The translations under genes were made by a program, and so were the position numbers. A stretch of DNA of 64,000 nucleotides from Octopus vulgaris (lineage: Eukaryota), in assembly GCA_951406725.2 (NCBI GenBank), contig OX597820.1, positions 119,474,001-119,538,000 on the forward strand, written 5' to 3'. The notes under the pieces were generated by a model. The model saw only the letters and a program-made list of their open reading frames with translations. It had not been told where the DNA came from and made no database searches. This document shows, one piece after another, positions 55,940 through 64,000 of this stretch. The stretch's first letter is position 1, and every line of letters begins with the position of its first letter.

Positions 55940-56880
55940 TCAACCCCCGGGCTCCACAAAGACATTGGTAAGATGAAGCTGGAGAGAGGAGCAATGCGCG
56001 ACGACCTCTTATCGAAGTTGTTTAAATGGTGACTGCAAGACGCTGTCATCAACAAAAGGCATCAACATTGACGGAGAACAACTATGCCACCTGTACTTCG
56101 CAGATGTTATCATCTTTGCAGCACATATTCTTAATTAACGGGAGGAAGTGCTCACCTATATCTACACTAGAAGCCTCAACAGGGACCTTTGAAAGATCAA
56201 ATTCATGTTCGACAGGCAACCTACGCCAGCTTTCGCCACCGTTAACGGCAAGACCATAGAAGAGGTAGACAGCTACGTCTCATCGAGAAAGATAGGGATG
56301 AAAGACGAAAATCTCCTTTCAAAAATGAAGAGAAAGATAGCACGTCGTTGAGCGGCCTTTGAGAAGGTGGAAAATCTCACGAGAACTTCAAGGGTTTCCA
56401 TGAAAATTTTGAAAAGATTACGTTTCTAATTTCGTTTTGCCAACGAATACATCGCACCAATGATAATTTGCGGCAGTGGAGCTTTGGGTCTCAATGCCTC
56501 ATCAGGAACGTCCTCATTGTAATCAACAGAAAACAGAACAAAACATGATCGGCATCACTGCGAGACGCAAAAAATCGACGCCTGCATTCGACAGCACACA
56601 AGAGACAGCAACATCATAAGAACCACCAAGGAAAGAAAACATGGATGGTCTGGCAGCATCAGATGACTGAAGGACAACAGATAGAAAACCAGGGTGATGG
56701 AATGAATATGGACAATATAAAGAGGCAGATCAAAGACGAAATAGTGAGGTGATATCATCCTCCACCAGAGGCAAACATGGCAACACCTGACAAGAAACAT
56801 ACAGACATACAGTGGTGGAAAGATTCCAAGGAAGAGGTTCTTCCTTCAGGGGTGATGAAGCCCTGGTTGGGATTGAATAA
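55940..56880 (+). pseudogene. Decayed RTE-clade LINE RT and C-terminus
   Basis: GINIDGEQLCHLYFADVII (cf. HLRFADD), GKTIEEVDSYV, WSGSIR*LKDNR*KTRVME, RGRSKTK. Confidence 0.8.
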
Positions 56881-57979
56881 GACAGATTGTGAAGGACAGG
56901 ATGAGAGAGAGAGAAAGAAAGAGAGGGAAAAAAGAGAGAGAGAGATAGAGCAATACTGAAAACCTGTAGTTAGTAAAATGTGATGACTGAGTGGAGTAGA
57001 GATTTGAATTGTATACGAAAAATGCGTAAAAGAGAAGCAGAGTACGGAAGAATTGAAAACTAAGTGCAATTAAAAGTCAATAGACTCGAAAGAAAATTGC
57101 AAACATTTTATCATTTTCATTAATTGCAAAAATATAAAATGGGTAAATGTAACCAAGATAGGATCTAACAAAAGCACAGTGTGAGAAATGTTGACATGAA
57201 ATAGTCATTTACAGCCACCACTGTAATCGAATGGTACATATTTTATCGATCCAAGAATGATGGATGGCAAATCAATGCTGGAAGTATCTGAACTTCAGAC
57301 AAGCAAATATTATCGGGAGATTTCCAGGCAGATGCTTTGACAAACTATAAACTCTATTGACGAACTTTTCACAATATTCAGTATGAAAATTTTCAAATAT
57401 TTTATGGAACGCACTTAAAATGCTAAACCTAAAATTCTGTTGAAGATTATTTAGAAAGTAATGAAATCAATACTGAACCAATCACATCACAACGCACATA
57501 CAATGTAAACGCCCAAACATATACACACACATACACACACGTTCACGCGAGCGTACTCACTCACACACACATACAATTACATACCCTTACATATATAAAC
57601 TCATGGACAGAAATTCAGACATATTCATTGTAAGCTTGTTATGCAACAATTGCTGTTGGCCATTTGCGGAATCATCAGTAGACTATGAAGAGCCTGATTC
57701 TTCCAAACTTCCGAAACTGAGAACTTGGTTCACATAAGACATCTTGCTATGATATCAAATTGCCTCTAGCACTTACAAGCCCGACTGGATCTAAAATTAC
57801 GTATATGCATTGTTTCTGAAGTACCCCAAGCTATTTTGGTGGTTCTGAACTTGCTATGACGTTAAAGTACAATTTTACAGGCATATATATGTACGTATGT
57901 GTATGTGTGTATGTGTGTGCGTGTATGTGTGTGCGTGCGTGTGTTTGTGTGTGTGTGTATACACACAAACACACGCACG

Positions 57980-58076
<97 letters not shown>

Positions 58077-58077
58077 G

Positions 58078-58461
58078 TAGTGGCTGTGCGGTAAGTAGCT
58101 TGCAGGAGTGGCTGTGTGGTAAGTAGCTGCGTGGCTCCTGGGGCAAGTGTCTTCTACTATAGCCTCAGGCCGACCAAAGCCTTGTGAGTGGATTTGGTAG
58201 ACAGAAATTGAAAGAAGCCTGTCGTATATATTTGTATATATATGTATATGTGTGTATATGTTTGTGTGTCTATGTTTGTCACCCTAGCATCGTTTGACAA
58301 CCGATGCTGGTATGTTTACGTCCCCGTAACTTAGCGGTTCAGCAAAAGAGACCGATAGAATAAGTACTAAGCTTACAAACAATAAGTCCTGGGGTCGATT
58401 TGCTCGACTAAAGACGGTGCTCCAGCAAAACCGCAGTCGAATGGCTGAAACAAGTAAAAGA

Positions 58462-58463
<2 letters not shown>
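58078..58463 (+). mobile_element. SINE family A with duplicated and deleted head
   Basis: AGTGGCTGTG(C/T)GGTAAGTAGC twice, then loss of the B-box segment. Confidence 0.9.
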
Positions 58464-58532
<69 letters not shown>

Positions 58533-58624
58533 AATAATAAGGGTAAAATTAATTAATTAGTAATTAATAATTTTACCAAGCAGTGTTCAGTATGTAAAAA
58601 GACCATTTACGATATATTTAAAAC

Positions 58625-59052
58625 ATTACTTTATATAATTAGGGTTCAGCAAAAAAAATTACTTTACCACACACCGAACTTTTAGAAATAGCAGCCAAAG
58701 AATTTAGCTATTTCTTCTACTATAAGAAGAGTCTCCCAGACGATGTATACTCAAAAACAATTCACGTAGGCATAGAGGGAAAAATAACGAAAGATCACTC
58801 CTACATCGATTACTTGAGAACGCCGTTTCTGGGTTAGTTAGATATAGAGATGCTAGAAATACATACCTATATCGATGTACGAGTGATCTTTCGTTATTTT
58901 TCCCTCTATGCCTACGTGAATTGTTTTTGAGTATACATTGTCTGGGAGAAACTTCTCATAGTAGAGGAAATAGCTAAATTCTTTGGCTGCTATTTCTAAA
59001 AGTTCGGTGTGTGGTAAAGTAATTTTTTTTGCTGAACCCTAATTATATAAAG

Positions 59053-59056
<4 letters not shown>
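58625..59056. repeat. Long inverted repeat (186-bp arms, 60-bp spacer) within (TA)n
   Basis: 58625-58810 is the reverse complement of 58871-59056 with few mismatches. Confidence 0.95.
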
Positions 59057-59103
<47 letters not shown>

Positions 59104-59810
59104 CACGATATATACGCGCTATAAAATTTAATCTCTGCTTAGAAAAACTAGCAGAAATTCAGTTAGTATTTATATATTCATAGATATGAAATATCCACAA
59201 CGTGTCTTACAAGATCTGAAAGTAATTAATCAGAAAATGCAGCCACATAGTGACCGAAAATGATATCTAAAGTCAATATAGTGTTCAGCAATTGATTCAT
59301 TGATAAATAATTTACTTACACTTCTTAATACTACACTGGGCATTGCAATTAAGTTTGCACCAAAGTCAACTTCATATTTCGTCCGTTGACTTCTGTAATT
59401 GGCTGCATTTGCGTGTAAACAAATATATATATATATATATATGTATGTCTATATATATGTATGTCTATATATATGTATGTCTATAGCGCTTGTGTGTTAA
59501 CGTGCAAATCGATCCCAAGCGTTTTCTCAGTGTGGTGTTTGGGAATCTTCCAATGATAGAAAGACATCAAAACAAAGAGGTCATTCGCTATTTGTCTTCG
59601 AACACCATCGAGTGATTTACTTTCTATAAATCTCCAGAGTATATAAAGCAATGATAGCGAACATATCTTCTGAGTATTTATTCGTTTGTGAGAAGAACGT
59701 GTACTCAATAACCCACCAGAGATCAATATTAATGTTGGGTCGTGTCATAAGTTGCGCCTAACAGATATTTATACCTACACACAGGCACACAGACACACAG
59801 ACACACACAC

Positions 59811-59857
<47 letters not shown>

Positions 59858-59994
59858 TGCATATATATACGCGAATGTACATATGTATATATACATGTAT
59901 TTATATATATGTGTGGGTGTGTGTAAGTGCGTGTATATATGTTTGTCTGTATATATATATATAATTAGTTTGGATTTATTCCCTAATATTTTAT

Positions 59995-60038
<44 letters not shown>

Positions 60039-61740
60039 GTATCTAATACAGAACAATCATGAATATTGCTTAGCTGCTGCCATTACATGATATTCAACAT
60101 TACACTTGGTCATACCAGGAATCAACTCTAGAATGCAACGTTAGGAACCCTGGTACTTGCCTACTCGACCTATACGCAACTGAGATCACTTCGTTTCTGC
60201 CAAATTACGATATATTGAACTAAGCAAAACTGACTTGAAAGCAATATACATCAACCAGGAATTTATTTAGCCTGATCGAGAAAAAAAAAAGGTCCTAAAC
60301 ACCTCCTTACCATCTTAAAAAGATACATCGTGGTGCATGCTTTGTGGAACTGAAAAACACAGAAATTTTAATGTATATAAACTTGAGATTGTAAATTTTC
60401 ACAAGATATAAAACTTTCGACAAGTTTCTGTTATCAAACTGGAGAATATCATCCTTTCCGAATAGCAAAATTTACCTTTGCCCCATCCAATTCACCCCAA
60501 AACTGTGAATTTATATATAACCTTTTACTAGTATTGTCCCTAGGGATCAAAGGAACACAAATATTATCTCCTTCTCCTCCAAATTCTCCACTTTTCTCGT
60601 TATTTTTCGTCTACTTTTTCGATGTTTTCCCCAAATTCATATTAACCGTTTTATTGCTGATTTCGCAATTTCGTCTGTGCTCCAGCTTGATCCTTTATCA
60701 ACTATATGTAATATTGCACTTGATTAGTCTGCAATTTATTTAACGACCTCAAAAAGGTGAAAAGCAAATTGACCTCAGTGACCTTTTATAAACTTTAAAT
60801 AATTTTTCGTAGCTCGTATAGAATTCTGTCAATCATTTACAACTGAAAGCAAAAACAAAGCCGATAAATCCTCGAAAAATATTTTACCAATATGATAACT
60901 TTCCTCTCATGAAGATGTAGCTCTAAGATAGCATTATCATTTATTACTTGGATGTTTTGTGGGCCAGAATATTTTATTGCGACACAAAAATTTGAAAAGG
61001 ATGATGTCATCTTTTGGTAGTACTTGAAATAAAATTGCTTGAAACAAATAAAAAAAGTAAAACATATGAAAAAGTGAACTAGCTAAAAAGTTATTTGCTT
61101 TTGTGTTTCGCACCATGACAATTAATGTTGAAATGTGGGAGATATTAAAAAATGAAAAAAAGGAAAAAAATGTTCGAAATTTTGAAGCGTTTGTTAGGGT
61201 TTTTATTTTTAGATTCAAGGGGTATTTATATTTGTTATATTTTAGGTCTTACATATATATTTTAAAAACGTTCTCCCCATATCTTGTTGTTAATTGGTGG
61301 TCTGAAACGCATGTTTTAACATTCACGTGGTTAATTTCACCTCTAATTAAATAACTTCCTGGTTTGCTGAACTGATTTAAAATTCTTTACTAAACTTAAA
61401 ATATTATCGGAAAGCAGAAACAAATTTTTAATATAAATAGAAAATACCGAAAAAAAAAAAAACTGAAAACAAAAATCAAAACAATTACAAAAACAAAATA
61501 TCCATAGAAAGAAAATAATGAAAAATCCAGGTAAATAATTATAGCAAAAGGTAAAGAAATCTTGCACCATTCCGCGACCACCACAATGAAGAGGAAATGC
61601 ATTCACAAAAACAAACAAACAACAGATATATGGAAAATTCCAAAACATAAATATTAAGCAGGGCATGCAACACGTGATCTAATATGGAATGGAATAAGAA
61701 TTCTCAGCTCATATTTTAATTAACTCTTTATTTATTTAGC

Positions 61741-61834
61741 TTTATTTCATAGCATTCTTTTAGCAAATATTCAAATGCACACACACACACACACACACAC
61801 ACAAACAAACATATGCATGCGTAAACGTGCATAT

Positions 61835-61895
<61 letters not shown>

Positions 61896-62080
61896 TATAT
61901 ATATATATGATTATATATAGATACGTGTATATATATATATATATATATATGTATACATATGTGAGTGAGTGTGTGTTTATTTCATAGCATTCTTTTAGCA
62001 AATACTCAAATACACACACACATACACAAACATATGCATGTGTAAACATGCATATATACATACATATATATATATATATA
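61741..62080. repeat. Tandem duplication, ~235-bp period
   Basis: TTTATTTCATAGCATTCTTTTAGCAAATA and ACAAACATATGCATG(C/T)GTAAAC recur at ~61741 and ~61976. Confidence 0.85.
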
Positions 62081-62670
62081 TATGTGGGTGTGTGTGTGTA
62101 TGTATATATGTATGTATATATATATAATATATATATATATATGTATATATATATATGTATATAAATATATATGTATATATGTATATATATGTGTATATAT
62201 ATATATATGTATATATATATGTGTATATATATATGTATATATATATATGTGTGTGTGTGTGCGTGTGTATAAAAGGTGTGTGTGTGTGTGTGTATTTATA
62301 AACACTATAAAACAAGAGGCAAGCTAAAACACTTACCTCGTAATATTGAAATATGTAATAGATAAAATAAACATGCAACTCAGGCAGACTCGAATAATTT
62401 GCATTTATTTTTCTCTTGAGAGAGCAAATGTTTGAATGCTATGCAAATATTTAAACTGGTGCATATGTTGCACATCTCTTTATTCATTATTCACCCTCCC
62501 CATCCCTTCCACCTCCTCTTTCTCTCCCTCTCTCCCTCTTTCTCCATATGTATGCGCGCGCCTATATGTATGTGCATTTGTGTGCGTGTGTATGTGTGTG
62601 AGTCTCTGTGTAGATATTTTAAGTACTTAAATGCGTATATATATATATTTCAATATGCAAATACGCATGT

Positions 62671-62722
<52 letters not shown>

Positions 62723-62727
62723 CGATT

Positions 62728-62953
62728 AAGGCGGCAAGGTGGCAGAAACGTTAGCATGCCGGACGAAATACATAGCCGTATTTCGCCTGCCGCTACGTTC
62801 TGAGTTCAAATTCCGTCGACTTTGCCTTTCGTTCTTTCGGAGTCGATAAATAAAGTACCAGTTTCGCACTGGAGTCGATGTAATCGACTTAATCCGTTTG
62901 TCTGTCCTTGTTTGTCCCCTCTATGTTTAGCCCCTTGTGGACAGTAAAGAAAT
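62728..62953 (+). mobile_element. SINE family B
   Basis: AAGGCGGC..TGGCAGAAACGTTAGC head to GTAAAGAAATA tail. Confidence 0.92.
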
Positions 62954-63067
62954 ATATATATATTTCAATATGCTAATATGCATGTCTACACACACACACA
63001 CACAAACACATATATATGTACAACGACTTATATACACTCACAGACACATACACACACATATATATAT

Positions 63068-63107
<40 letters not shown>

Positions 63108-63111
<4 letters not shown>

Positions 63112-63518
63112 TGGCTGTGTGGTAAGTAGCTTGCTTACCAACCACATGGTTCCGGGTTCAGTCCCACTGCGTGGCATCTTGGGCAAGTGTCTTCTGCTAT
63201 AGCCCCGGGCCGACCAATGCCTTGTGAGTGGATTTGGTAGACGGAAACTGAAAGAAGCCTGTCGTATATATGTATATATATGTATATATGTGTATGTGTG
63301 TGTGTTTGTTTGTGTGTGTGTTTGTCCCCCTAGCATTGCTTGACAACCGATGGTGGTGTGTTTACGTCCCCGTCACTTAGCGGATCGGCAAAAGATACCG
63401 ATAGAATAAGTACTGGGCTTATAAAGAATAAGTCCCGATTTGCTCGACTAAAGGCAGTGCTCCAGCATGGCCGCAGTCAAATGACTGAAACAGGTAAAAG
63501 AGTAAAGAGTAAAGAGTA
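63108..63518 (+). mobile_element. SINE family A
   Basis: Head, body and (TAAAGAG)n tail. Confidence 0.95.
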
Positions 63519-63846
63519 ATACATAAACACATACATACATATATATAAATATATATATATAAATATACACACACTCACACACACACATACGCAAATATAT
63601 ATACGTATGTGTGTGTGTGTGTGCGTGTGTGTATGCTTACACACATATGGACCTTGTGTAATTCCAGTTGCTCATGGGGTAGTAAACCCTAACTGAAGAT
63701 TTTGTGTTTCATCGCATGTGTCCCCTTGTGAATATAAGTTCAATGATAGCAATGTATTTTTGTTTTTTTGAGGATTCACAATATCGAAGACAATGGTGTT
63801 GGACAGAATATGAGTTTCCGATTGGTCAGTAGACGTGAATGCGATT

Positions 63847-63964
63847 GCTTACGGCCATATCACGTTGAAAGCACCGGTTCTCGTCCGATCACCGAAGTGA
63901 AGTAACGCCAAGCCTAGCCAGTACTTAGGCGGGTGACCGGTTGGGAGACCTAAGCGCACTAAGC
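63847..63964 (+). pseudogene. 5S rRNA pseudogene / orphon
   Basis: GCTTACGGCCATATCACGTTGAAAGCACCGGTTCTCGTCCGATCACCGAAGT..AGTACTT..GGGTGACC..TGGGA..TAAGC; 118 nt; 3' half diverged; no oligo-T terminator. Confidence 0.88.
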
Positions 63965-63977
63965 GTAACACATTGCT

Positions 63978-64000
63978 GGAGGCACATGGCCTAGTGGTTA
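63978..64000 (+). mobile_element. Start of a SINE family C head (runs off window)
   Basis: GGAGGCACATGGCCTAGTGGTTA identical to 36137-36159. Confidence 0.85.

Overview
Eukaryotic, AT-rich, repeat-saturated non-coding DNA. The SINE families and the 5S-like sequence suggest a cephalopod, probably Octopus (inference). No host protein-coding exon can be supported, and most ORFs in the track are microsatellite or antisense artefacts. Contents: three tRNA-derived SINE groups (called A, B and C here; about 25 copies, many with TSDs); decayed LINE fragments (Tx1, RTE, Hero/NeSL-like); Penelope-like pieces with minimal hammerhead ribozyme motifs; Merlin-like MITEs; non-autonomous Helitrons; many foldbacks embedded in (TA)n; and a 5S rRNA pseudogene. 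The most interesting candidate system is retroelements that target SINE heads. (i) A TSD-flanked 2.17-kb ORF1-only (half-LINE, Tx1-type) element sits inside the tRNA head of a SINE. (ii) SINE-B arrays have 5 junctions that all fall at the same nucleotide of the head, and two trimers share the same subfamily order. (iii) These elements and a LINE-like 3' end share a 3' hairpin/AATAAA module. A second candidate is a tRNA-head plus hammerhead-ribozyme element resembling a retrozyme. All family names come from motif recognition, not database searches.
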